Shown: positions 7,966 to 16,473 of the stretch, one piece after another | Numbering within the stretch: position 1 is the first letter of the stretch | Layout: every line of letters starts with the position of its first letter | Source: Myxococcales bacterium | GTDB taxonomy: Bacteria; Myxococcota_A; Bradymonadia; UBA7976; UBA1532 | Direction: 5' to 3' | NCBI GenBank assembly: GCA_947488215.1 | Contig: CANLBD010000010.1 | Location: 1-24,000, forward strand | Length of the DNA: 24,000 bases | The notes under the pieces: generated by a model | Database searches by the model: none | Told to the model about the DNA's origin: nothing | Seen by the model: only the letters and a program-made list of their open reading frames with translations | Translations under genes and position numbers: made by a program

Positions 7966-8288
7966 CGACGAGCGTTCACGCCGCCGTGTCCGCCGGCCGC
8001 GACGGGGCGAGGCTCCGTGTCCGCCTGCAGCCACGCGCACGTCGAGAGGGCGTCGTGGGGGTCAGTGAGCAGGCCGTTCGCCTCGCGGTGCACGCGCCCC
8101 CTGTCGAGGGGGCCGCGAACGAAGCGCTGACGCGCCTGCTGGCGACGCTCGTCGGGTTGCCACGCGGGCAGGTGAGCGTCGTCCTTGGAGGGTCGTCGCG
8201 CGACAAGGTCGTCGAGTTCGCGGGCCTGACGACGGACAGCCTCAGCGCGCGCGTCGCAGCTTGGCGAGACGTGGAGGCGTCGCAGTGA
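7962..8288 (+). CDS. yggU: DUF167/YggU-family protein
   Basis: 108 aa showing LRVRLQPRARREGVVG...VRLAVHAPPVEGAANEALTRLLA..LGLPRGQVSVVLGGSSRDKVVEF, the typical YggU pattern. The GTG start overlaps the upstream stop (GTGA). The yggS/proC/yggU neighbourhood is a widely conserved synteny. Confidence 0.8.
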   Translation: MTTSVHAAVSAGRDGARLRVRLQPRARREGVVGVSEQAVRLAVHAPPVEGAANEALTRLLATLVGLPRGQVSVVLGGSSRDKVVEFAGLTTDSLSARVAAWRDVEASQ

Positions 8289-9307
8289 GTCGCCGTGGAC
8301 GTCTCTGGGGGGCGCTGCTTGCCCTGTGGTGCGCGCTGTCATTCGCGCTCACCGCGCACGCCGAGAGCGCCGAATTCGAGCGCCTCGACACGGAGCACTA
8401 CACGGTGGAGTGGGCGCCGGGTCTGGCACCGAGCGCGCGACGCGTCTCTGAGACGCTTGAGCGCGAGCACACGCGCATCTACCGGGAGCTCGGCGCGGAG
8501 GCGGTCGGTCGCACGCGTGTGACGGTGCTTGAGAGCGAGCGTGATCTGCTCGAGACGGCGCGCGCTCGGCACCCCGGCAGCACACCCCCGGAGTGGGCGG
8601 CGGGGCTCGCTTATCCTGGAGCCCGCGCAATTTATCTGCGCGCCGACGTCAGCGCGCAGGAGTTGGAGACGACGGCGGTGCACGAGCTCAGCCATGTCGC
8701 CATGGGAGACCTCGCCGGAGCGGGCGGGGTGCCGACATGGTTCACCGAGGGCGTCGCGGTGAGGCAGTCTGAACCTTTCGCGCTCGACCGGGCCACGATC
8801 CTCACGCAGGCGGCGATGCTTGACCGGCTGCTGAGACTCGACGCGCTCGAGCGCGGATTCCCTGCGGGTGGCGGGCGCGCTGGACTCGCCTACGCACAAT
8901 CGGTCCACTTCGTCGGCTGGCTGGTCGAGGCACGCGGAGCGCAGCCATTCGCGGCTCTGATGCGCACGCTCGGCGAGCAACGCAGCCCGAATGGAGGCTT
9001 CGAAGCGGCGATTGAGAAGGTCTATGGGGAGCCTCTGGCCGAGCTCGAGCGGCGATGGCGCGATGCGCTCTCGTTCTGGTGGGGCTGGATGCCGATCGTC
9101 TTTCTCTCAAGCGGCGCCTGGCTGGGCGCCGCTGCGCTGCTGGTCTACGCTTGGCGTCGCCGCACGCGTGAACGGGCCAGCCGCCTTCGCGATATGGCGG
9201 GGCTTGAGGCCGTCGACATGGCGGAGGACATCGAGATCGCCCATGACCTGCGCGCCCGCGGCGACTTGCTCGACCCCTACAGCGGACGGCCGCCCTCGAT
9301 TCACTGA
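8285..9307 (+). CDS. Secreted/membrane-anchored HExxH metallopeptidase-like protein (peptidase MA-like)
   Basis: It contains HELSHV (8681-8698) followed by WFTEGVA. The N-terminal signal-like segment is RRGRLWGALLALWCALSFALTAHA. A C-terminal TM helix (WWGWMPIVFLSSGAWLGAAALLVYAW) is followed by a basic stretch and a ~50-aa tail. I prefer GTG 8285 as the start, because GGAGG lies 8 nt upstream and it forms a GTGA overlap with the yggU stop. The ORF track's TTG 8261 is the alternative. Confidence 0.7.
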   Translation: MSRRGRLWGALLALWCALSFALTAHAESAEFERLDTEHYTVEWAPGLAPSARRVSETLEREHTRIYRELGAEAVGRTRVTVLESERDLLETARARHPGSTPPEWAAGLAYPGARAIYLRADVSAQELETTAVHELSHVAMGDLAGAGGVPTWFTEGVAVRQSEPFALDRATILTQAAMLDRLLRLDALERGFPAGGGRAGLAYAQSVHFVGWLVEARGAQPFAALMRTLGEQRSPNGGFEAAIEKVYGEPLAELERRWRDALSFWWGWMPIVFLSSGAWLGAAALLVYAWRRRTRERASRLRDMAGLEAVDMAEDIEIAHDLRARGDLLDPYSGRPPSIH

Positions 9308-9357
9308 CGCCCCGCTTCGCGCTTGCGACAGCGCGGGGCCGCTGCTATCTGCGCCGC

Positions 9358-12300
9358 ATGGCAGCCAAGATCGAGCCCACCGAAACTCAAGAGACCGAGG
9401 TCGAGCGTGGCTGGTTCTCGCCCGACCTCGCCCAGCCGGCCACCGCCGATGACGCGTCGTCGGCGCAGCTCCCGGGACAGGCGCTCCCAGGCATGTCGGA
9501 TGCGGAGTGGCAGCGCATCGTCGAGACGCTCCAAGTGCTTGAGCGAGAGTTGGGGCACGAGGTCGACCCGAAGCGCCGCGCTCAGCTCTGCTGGGAGGTC
9601 GGGCGCATCTACGAGGTCCGACTCGGCGACGATCGCCGCGCGGTGCAGGCCTATCAGCGCGCCCACCGGGCCGACCCCCATCACTTGCCAAGTCTTCGCG
9701 CGGGTCGCGCGATCTTCACGCGCGCGGCGCGCTGGCCGATGGTGCTGCGGCTGATCGACGCCGAGTTGAGGGCGGTCCCGAACGTGGACGCGCGTGCAGC
9801 CCTCTTGGTCGAGAAGGGCGAGATTTACGCCCGATTGAGTGAGCCGATGAATGCGGCGACCTGCTTCGAGGCTGCGCTCGAGCTCGACCCGACGTGCCGC
9901 GCGGCAGCTCGGGCTCTGGTGCGTTGGGCCTCTTCTCGCGGGGAGCCCGCGCTGCTCGCAGACGCTCTCGAGCGTCTTGCCGGCCTCTCGGCGACGGCCG
10001 TAATGCGCGCTCGCGCGCTGCTGGACGCGGCCTGCGTTCTCCAAGCGGTCGATCCTCGCTCGCCGCACGCGGTCGAGTTGTTGGAGCAGGCACACGCCCT
10101 CGACCCGAGAGACGCGGAGATCGCGGGTCGCCTCGCGCGGGCGTTCCAGCGCGCCGGTGACTGGGAACGCCTGATCGCCCTCACAAGCGAGCAGCCCGAG
10201 CGCCTGGAGCACGCTGCCGACCAAGCCGCGCGTCTCACGGAGACGGCCCGCTTACTCTCGGAGCGCGTCGGTGACTTGGGCCGCGCCGAGGCGTTCATCG
10301 AGCAAGCGCTCAGGACCGACCCGTTCTTCGCGCCCGCGCTCGAGCTGGCCGCATCGATCGCCGAGCGGCAGGGTCAGCCTGCAGCCGCGGTTGGGGCGTT
10401 GCAGCGGCTGACCCAGGTGACGGCAGACGTCGCGGTTCGCGTGCGCGTGCTGATGCAGATGGCGCAGCTCCAGCTCACGGCGCTCGGCGACGACACAGGG
10501 GCCATCGCCTCTCTAGGGCGCGTCTTGGGCGTCGCGCCCGCATGGTGGCCGGCGCGCGAATTGCTCGGCCGGGCGTTCACCCGTCGTGGCATGTGGGACG
10601 AGCTCGTGAAGCTCTACGAGCAAGAGGTCGAGCTCGCCGCGGACGACCCCCGGACCCGCGCCGACCGCCTGTATCGCCTCGGTGAGCTGCTTGAGGCGCG
10701 GCTCAAGAACGATGGCCGGGCAGAGACCTACTATCGGACCGCTGTGGGCATCGCGCCGGACGTGAGCCACTTCGTCGAAGCGTGGCTGCGGGTGGTGCGC
10801 CGTTTGGGTCAGCCCGAGGCGCTCGCTGCAGCATTGCGTCACACCGCCCAAGTCGCCGACACCCCCTCAGCGAAGGTGAGACGCCTCGAGGAGCTCGCGC
10901 ACGTCCTGGAGTCCGAGCTGGGGCAATTGGATGCATCCAAGTCTGCGTGGACAGAGGTCGCCGCGCTCGCGCCCTCTCACCGCGAGGCGCGACATCACCT
11001 GCAGCGGCTGTGTGCCGCGACCGCCGCGCATTCGGAGACCCTGCGCTGGCTGGACGCTGAGTTGCCTGACGCGACCGACCAAGCGCGTGTGCTCGCGCTC
11101 CTCGTGGCCTGCGCCGATGTCTGCTCGACGCACCTCGGCGATCGAGATGCAGCGCGCGCGTACTTGGAGCGCGCCCTTGAGCTCGACCCGAGCCATGTGC
11201 CGGCGCTGCGCGCGAGCGGGCGCCTCTATCACGCGATGGGCGCGTTCGCGCAGCTCGTCGAGATGACACGCCGCGAGGCCGAGGTCGCGAGCTCGCCCGA
11301 GGATGCGGCCGGTGTTTGGATGCGCGTCGGTGCCTTGTGCCGAGAAGAGCTCGCCGACTTCGACGCCGCTGCCAAAGCATGGGAGCGGGCCGCTGCGCTC
11401 GCTGCGGAGCCGCTGCCGGCGATTCGGGCGCTGCAGACACTTTACGCTGACATTGGCGATGTCGAGCACGAGGCCGAGATGCTCGCGGCCGAGGCTGAGC
11501 GGCTGACCGATCCGCGTGAGAAGGTCGCGCTGTGGTGTCGTTTGGGCGCGACGTGGCTCTATCGAGCCGACCACCCGGAGCACGCGATCGATGCGTGGCA
11601 GCAAGCGCTCTCGGTCGACCCGTGCGCCGAGGCGGCCTTGCAGCCCCTCCTGACGCTCTACGAAGAGCGCGGGCGCGCCGACGACATCGCCGCGATGTGG
11701 CGGCGCTGCGCCGAGGCCGCCGCAGACGACACGATCGCTGCGCGCGCTTGGGTGGAGTATGCGCGGGTCTGCGCCGACGCGCTCAGCCTGACAGTCGAGG
11801 CGATCGACGCGTGCGAGCGCGCTCTGGTCCTGGCGGACGGGCGCGAAGCGGTGGCACCGCTCATGCTTTTGGAGCGTCTCTATCGGCCACAAGAGGCGTC
11901 TGTCTCGCTCGCGCGCGTGCACTCCGCGCTCGCCGACCTGACCTACGACCCGATTGGGCAGCGCCTGCACCTGGAGGCCGCGGCAGAGCTCCTCGACGAG
12001 GCGGGCGAGCCGCCCGAGGCCATCTTGCAGGCTTGGCGTCGAGTCCTCGAGGTTGAGCCGGCGCACGCTCGCGCGCTCGCTCGCCTTGAGGAGCGCCTGC
12101 CGTCGGGTGAGGCGCGCCTCGAGGTGCACACACGGCGCATCGCAGCATCGAAAGATGCGCGTGAGGTGCTCGGCGCGCTCCTCGCTCGAGCGGAGCTGCT
12201 CCGCGGGCTCGGGCGACCGGACGAGGCCGTCGAGGACCTCGAAAGAGCCGTCGCTCTGGATACGGGCTCCGTCTCCGCGACGCGCGCCCTGCGTGAGGCG

Positions 12301-14394
12301 CTGACCGAAGCGGGTCGAGGGGATGAGGCGCTCCGCACGACCGAGCGGGAGGCGCGCGCGACGCGGGCACCCGAGGCGGCTGCGGCCCTTTTCCTGACGG
12401 TGGCGAAGGTTCGCGAGGTGCGTCTCTCAGACGCCGCGGGCGCCTTCGATGCGGCGAAGTTTGCCCTGGAGCGTGAGCCCACGAACGACGAAGCGGCCGA
12501 GGCGGTGCAGCGACTCGGGGACCGCCTTGGCCGCTTCGCAGAGGTCGCGCACGCGCTCGAGCAGCGTGCGGTCGCCGCGCCTACGCGGGCCGTCGATACG
12601 CTGCTCGAAGTGTCTCGCATCTACGCGCATCGACTGTCAGCGCCCGATTTGGCAGTGCGCGCACTGAACCAAGCGCTCGCAACGGGGGCGGGCGATGAAC
12701 GCGTGATTTTGCAGCGACTTGCCGACCTGTATGTCGAGTCCGAGGACTGGAACGAGGCGGTCGTCATCTATCAACGCCTTCGTGCGAGCGTGCAGGACGC
12801 CGACCTGCGGCGCGCGGTCGCCTTTCGGCTCGCCTCGATCTTCGAGGACAAGTTGGGTGACCTGTCCCGGGCGCGGGACACGCTCCAGATGCTTCAGTCA
12901 GAGCGACCGACGGACGCCGATGTTCAGATACGCCTCGCGCGCCTCGCGGAGTCGGCCGGCGACTTGGAGGCCGCGATCGAACACTCGCGCGCGGCTGTCG
13001 GACTCATGCCGGACGACGACCTGTCGACCGAACTGCGCGTCCGCATGGGCCGTCTGCTGGAGCAGCGTGGGCGAGTCGACGAGGCCGTCGAGGTCTATAA
13101 GCGGGTGCTCGCGTCTGCGCCTGACCGGGCAGACGTCGCGCTGCGGGCGGCGGAGCTCTTGGGACGACGCGGTGACACCAACGCGGTCTTGGCGACGCTT
13201 GGGGCGACCCTGGACACGATGCGCGCAGGCGCTTCGCCCGATGCGGCGCGGCTGCGTCGTCGGGCCGCCGAGCTCTTCGCGACGCACGATCCCGTGCGCG
13301 CCGTCCGCGAACTCGAGGCGCTTGTCGCGGACGATCCCGACGACTCGGACGCGCGCCAAGCCCTCGTGACCGCGTTTGTCGGACGTGATGCCTACGCTGA
13401 AGCGCTCCCGCACCTCAAATGGTTGGTCGCCCGGGACCCGTTCACGGCCGACCGCGTAGGGCATCTGCGTCGCGCGCTCTCGCGCGTCGGTGAGCATGAG
13501 CGCGCCGCATGGGTCGCGACGTGGCTTGAGGCGCTCGAAGGCGCGGCTGCGGACGACGTGGAGGCGTTCACACGCCTGCCCGAATACCCGCGCTACCCCG
13601 TGACGCTCCGCCTCGCAGCGGGGCGCGCTCAGGCGCTCTCCGAGTTGCCGCGCGATTCGTTCGAAGCGCTCGTTGTCACTTGGGTCAGGGCGCTGCCTCG
13701 TGTCTTCGCAGCCCCCCCAACGCTGCCCTCGCGCGAAGAGGGGTTACCGGCGGTGGAGCAGCTCGCGCGCCGATGTGGCGTCGCGCTCGGAGTCGACGAC
13801 GTCCGCGTCCTCGTCGACCGCACGTTGGGTGACGGCGTTCGGTACGCAGATGGGTCGCCCGCGCTGCTCGTCTTTGGCACAGCCGCGGTCTCAGGGCTCA
13901 CGCCCCAGGAGCAGGCCTTTCACATCGTTCGTGGCCTCTGGCTGGGGGCGAGGCAGCTCGCCGTCGTGACGAGCTGGCCTGCGTCTACGCTTGAAACGAT
14001 GCTCCGCACCGCGGCTGCGCTCCCGCGACCCGGCACACCCCCGCGCGTGCTCGAAGAGCCGCTCCGGACGCATGTTGCGCAGCTCGAATCCTTGCTCGAC
14101 AAGCGCGGGCGCGAGCTGGTCTCCGATAGCTTCGACGCCCTCGACCGCCACCTCGCAACGACGGACATCACGGGGGCGGTGGAGGGGTGGCTCTTCGCCG
14201 CGAGCCTTGAGGCCATGCGCCTCGCGGGACCTCGCGCGGCTTGGTCGGTCCTCGCGCGGACCATGTCGACTCAGGTCCGAGCGCTGCCCGTGGCCGACCG
14301 CTGGCGCGCGACGCCCGGAGTGCGGGCGCTCGCGCGCTGGATCGTGGAGACACCGACGTTTGGCGTCGAGGGCGCGCCGTCGGCGTTCCCATGA
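9358..14394 (+). CDS. Giant tetratricopeptide-repeat (TPR) protein, 1678 aa, with a non-TPR C-terminal region
   Basis: An uninterrupted ORF with an ATG start. TPR-like units recur dozens of times (e.g. AVQAYQRAHRADPHHLPSL, AATCFEAALELDPTCRAA, ARAYLERALELDPSHVPAL, AIDAWQQALSVDPCAEAA). The last ~300 aa (from about 13495) lose this periodicity. Confidence 0.85.
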   Translation: MAAKIEPTETQETEVERGWFSPDLAQPATADDASSAQLPGQALPGMSDAEWQRIVETLQVLERELGHEVDPKRRAQLCWEVGRIYEVRLGDDRRAVQAYQRAHRADPHHLPSLRAGRAIFTRAARWPMVLRLIDAELRAVPNVDARAALLVEKGEIYARLSEPMNAATCFEAALELDPTCRAAARALVRWASSRGEPALLADALERLAGLSATAVMRARALLDAACVLQAVDPRSPHAVELLEQAHALDPRDAEIAGRLARAFQRAGDWERLIALTSEQPERLEHAADQAARLTETARLLSERVGDLGRAEAFIEQALRTDPFFAPALELAASIAERQGQPAAAVGALQRLTQVTADVAVRVRVLMQMAQLQLTALGDDTGAIASLGRVLGVAPAWWPARELLGRAFTRRGMWDELVKLYEQEVELAADDPRTRADRLYRLGELLEARLKNDGRAETYYRTAVGIAPDVSHFVEAWLRVVRRLGQPEALAAALRHTAQVADTPSAKVRRLEELAHVLESELGQLDASKSAWTEVAALAPSHREARHHLQRLCAATAAHSETLRWLDAELPDATDQARVLALLVACADVCSTHLGDRDAARAYLERALELDPSHVPALRASGRLYHAMGAFAQLVEMTRREAEVASSPEDAAGVWMRVGALCREELADFDAAAKAWERAAALAAEPLPAIRALQTLYADIGDVEHEAEMLAAEAERLTDPREKVALWCRLGATWLYRADHPEHAIDAWQQALSVDPCAEAALQPLLTLYEERGRADDIAAMWRRCAEAAADDTIAARAWVEYARVCADALSLTVEAIDACERALVLADGREAVAPLMLLERLYRPQEASVSLARVHSALADLTYDPIGQRLHLEAAAELLDEAGEPPEAILQAWRRVLEVEPAHARALARLEERLPSGEARLEVHTRRIAASKDAREVLGALLARAELLRGLGRPDEAVEDLERAVALDTGSVSATRALREALTEAGRGDEALRTTEREARATRAPEAAAALFLTVAKVREVRLSDAAGAFDAAKFALEREPTNDEAAEAVQRLGDRLGRFAEVAHALEQRAVAAPTRAVDTLLEVSRIYAHRLSAPDLAVRALNQALATGAGDERVILQRLADLYVESEDWNEAVVIYQRLRASVQDADLRRAVAFRLASIFEDKLGDLSRARDTLQMLQSERPTDADVQIRLARLAESAGDLEAAIEHSRAAVGLMPDDDLSTELRVRMGRLLEQRGRVDEAVEVYKRVLASAPDRADVALRAAELLGRRGDTNAVLATLGATLDTMRAGASPDAARLRRRAAELFATHDPVRAVRELEALVADDPDDSDARQALVTAFVGRDAYAEALPHLKWLVARDPFTADRVGHLRRALSRVGEHERAAWVATWLEALEGAAADDVEAFTRLPEYPRYPVTLRLAAGRAQALSELPRDSFEALVVTWVRALPRVFAAPPTLPSREEGLPAVEQLARRCGVALGVDDVRVLVDRTLGDGVRYADGSPALLVFGTAAVSGLTPQEQAFHIVRGLWLGARQLAVVTSWPASTLETMLRTAAALPRPGTPPRVLEEPLRTHVAQLESLLDKRGRELVSDSFDALDRHLATTDITGAVEGWLFAASLEAMRLAGPRAAWSVLARTMSTQVRALPVADRWRATPGVRALARWIVETPTFGVEGAPSAFP

Positions 14395-14422
14395 GTGGGT
14401 TGGCGTGTGATAGGCTGTTGCG

Positions 14423-15304
14423 GTGAAGCTCGCTTACGCCTCGAATGGCTTTACCTTAGTCTCCTTGCCAGACGCCATCCACGCCTTGTCGCGCCTCGGC
14501 TACGCTGGGGTCGAGCTCTTGGCGGACGCCCCCCATTGGGCGCCGGAGGACGCGTCGAACGGTCGCGAAGACGACGTCCTCGCCGCGCTGCGAGAGACCG
14601 GGCTCGCGGTCAGCAACGTGAACGTGAACACCGCGGTCGGGCTCAGCGCGACGCCGCCCGCAGACGGCACCTTCGAGCCATCGCTGGGGCACTCGGACCC
14701 CGCCGTTCGCGCGCGTCGGATGGACTACACGCGCGCGGCGATGCGCTTCGCGGCGCGCGCTGGGGCTCGCTGCGTGAGCGTTGCGAGCGGGCGCGTCGAG
14801 CGTGACGTTCCCCCCGAGGTTGGGCGGGAGCACCTCGCGGAGAGCTTGCGGGCGCTGTGCGTCGACGCTGACGCGCTGGGCCTCCGTGTCGGCATCGAGG
14901 CGGAGCCTGCGCTCCTCGTCGAGCGCACAGACGAGCTGTTGTGGCTGTTCGACCGCGTCCGTCACCCCGCGCTGGGTGCGAACCTAGACCTCGGACATGT
15001 CCTCTGCGCGGGCGAAGACCCCGTTCATGCGATCGAGCGCCTTCAGGGGCGCATTTGGAACGTGCACGTCGAGGATATTCGCGACCGCAAGCACTTTCAC
15101 CGCGTCCCGGGAGAGGGGGACGTCGATTTTGTGTCGCTTTTTCGGGCGCTGCGCTCGACGGGTTACACGGGCTTTGTCACCGTGGAGCTCTACACGTGCG
15201 CGGACCGCGCCGAGGCCGCCGCGACGCGATCGCTTGAGGTCTTGGCGGCGGCGATGCGCGAGGCGCGCGGCGAGGCCGCGGTGGATGGGAGTCAGGTCAC
15301 TTGA
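14423..15304 (+). CDS. Xylose-isomerase-like TIM-barrel protein (sugar-phosphate isomerase/epimerase, IolE/IolI/EboE-like fold)
   Basis: 293 aa with a GTG start 28 nt after the TPR stop. It shows the family pattern GYAGVELL, RVGIEAEP, LGANLDLGHV, WNVHVEDI...PGEGDVDF, YTGFVTVELY. These are the metal-ligand-type E/E/D-H/H-D/E positions. Confidence 0.8.
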   Translation: MKLAYASNGFTLVSLPDAIHALSRLGYAGVELLADAPHWAPEDASNGREDDVLAALRETGLAVSNVNVNTAVGLSATPPADGTFEPSLGHSDPAVRARRMDYTRAAMRFAARAGARCVSVASGRVERDVPPEVGREHLAESLRALCVDADALGLRVGIEAEPALLVERTDELLWLFDRVRHPALGANLDLGHVLCAGEDPVHAIERLQGRIWNVHVEDIRDRKHFHRVPGEGDVDFVSLFRALRSTGYTGFVTVELYTCADRAEAAATRSLEVLAAAMREARGEAAVDGSQVT

Positions 15305-16473
15305 AGCGCGTAGGGGTCTGGATCGTAGGCGCGAGCGGGAGCATCAGCGCGGTGACGCTCGCGGGGCACGCCGCGATGGTGCGCGGCCTTGCGCGGCCTG
15401 ATGGCCTTGTCACTGAGCGCACAGACTTCGCCGAGGCGGGCTTTGCGCCGCTGTCGAGCCTGGTCTTTGGCGGGCACGAGGTGAGGCGGCGCTCATTGGC
15501 CTCAGCCGCCGCTGAGATCTTGCCCGCCTGCGGGGTTCATGGCCTCGCAGAGCGCCTGACGGACGCTCTTGAGGCCATTGATCGCGAGATTCGACCTGGC
15601 ATTGCCCGCGGCGCGGGCCCGAGCATCGAGGCCGACGGTGCCCGGGTCGTCACGACGGACTTCGAGGCCATCGAGGCTGTGCGTCACGACCTGCGCGACT
15701 TCGCGACGCGCAACGACCTCTCGCACGTTGTCGTCGTCAACCTCGCGAGCACCGAGGCTTCCCGCGTGCCGCACGCGGCTTGGCAGCGGCTCGAAGACCT
15801 TGACGCCGCGCTCGCGCGAGGCGGAGACATCTTGCCGGCGAGTGCGCTGTACGCCTATGCGACCCTCGCCGAGGGCTTCGCGTACGTGAACTTTACGCCG
15901 AGCGTCGGGTCGCGGCTGCCCGCGCTCTGTGAACTTGCCCTGCACACCGGGGCGGTGCACACGGGGTCGGACGGCAAGACAGGCGAGACGCTGGTCAAGT
16001 CGGTGCTCGGTGAGCTCTTCGCTCGGCGCAACCTGCGCGTGCTCTCGTGGTTCGGGCAGAACATCCTCGGGAACGAGGACGGGCGCGTGCTGAACGACCC
16101 GCTCCACAAGGCCTCGAAGATTCGGAGCAAGGACCAGCTCCTCCCGAAGCTTCTGGGGTACGCGCCGGAGACGCACGTCGGCATCGACTACGTCCCGAGC
16201 TTGGGCGAGTGGAAGATCGCGTGGGACCACATTCACTTCGAGGGCTTCCTCGGCGGTCGCATGTCGATGCAGTTTACGTGGAACGGGTGTGACTCGCTGC
16301 TCGCCGCGCCGCTCGTGCTCGACCTCGTTCGCTTGGTGGAGCTCGCGCACCGGCGCGGTGAGCGCGGCGTCTTCTCGGCGGCGGCGTCGTTCTTCAAGGA
16401 CCCCATGGGCACGGACGAGCAGCGGCTGGTGGCCCAGGATGAGGCGCTGCTTGCATGGATCGCGCGCCGCTGA
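15301..16473 (+). CDS. ino1: myo-Inositol-1-phosphate synthase family protein (inositol-3-phosphate synthase)
   Basis: 390 aa. It shows VGVWIVGASGSIS (NAD-binding N-terminus), VVVNLASTE, YVNFTPS, GSDGKTGETLVKSVL, SWFGQNILGNEDG and CDSLLAAPLVLDLVRL. These match the conserved MIPS blocks (LWTANTE, GDDxKSGQTKxKS, SYNHLGNNDG, CEDSLLAAPLILDL). The TTG start overlaps the upstream stop (TTGA). Confidence 0.9.
   Translation: MKRVGVWIVGASGSISAVTLAGHAAMVRGLARPDGLVTERTDFAEAGFAPLSSLVFGGHEVRRRSLASAAAEILPACGVHGLAERLTDALEAIDREIRPGIARGAGPSIEADGARVVTTDFEAIEAVRHDLRDFATRNDLSHVVVVNLASTEASRVPHAAWQRLEDLDAALARGGDILPASALYAYATLAEGFAYVNFTPSVGSRLPALCELALHTGAVHTGSDGKTGETLVKSVLGELFARRNLRVLSWFGQNILGNEDGRVLNDPLHKASKIRSKDQLLPKLLGYAPETHVGIDYVPSLGEWKIAWDHIHFEGFLGGRMSMQFTWNGCDSLLAAPLVLDLVRLVELAHRRGERGVFSAAASFFKDPMGTDEQRLVAQDEALLAWIARR

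Noticed and set aside
8261-8284. TTG 8261 as the start of the peptidase-like gene (ORF-track start).
   Set aside because: GTG 8285 has a GGAGG 8 nt upstream and reproduces the GTGA overlap used by the three preceding junctions. The TTG start cannot be excluded without experimental data.
11852-11867. A sigma54-like element, TGGCAC-N5-ATGCT, on the + strand.
   Set aside because: It lies deep inside the TPR CDS with no downstream start codon to serve, and it has a mismatch in the -12 element. It is most likely a chance match.
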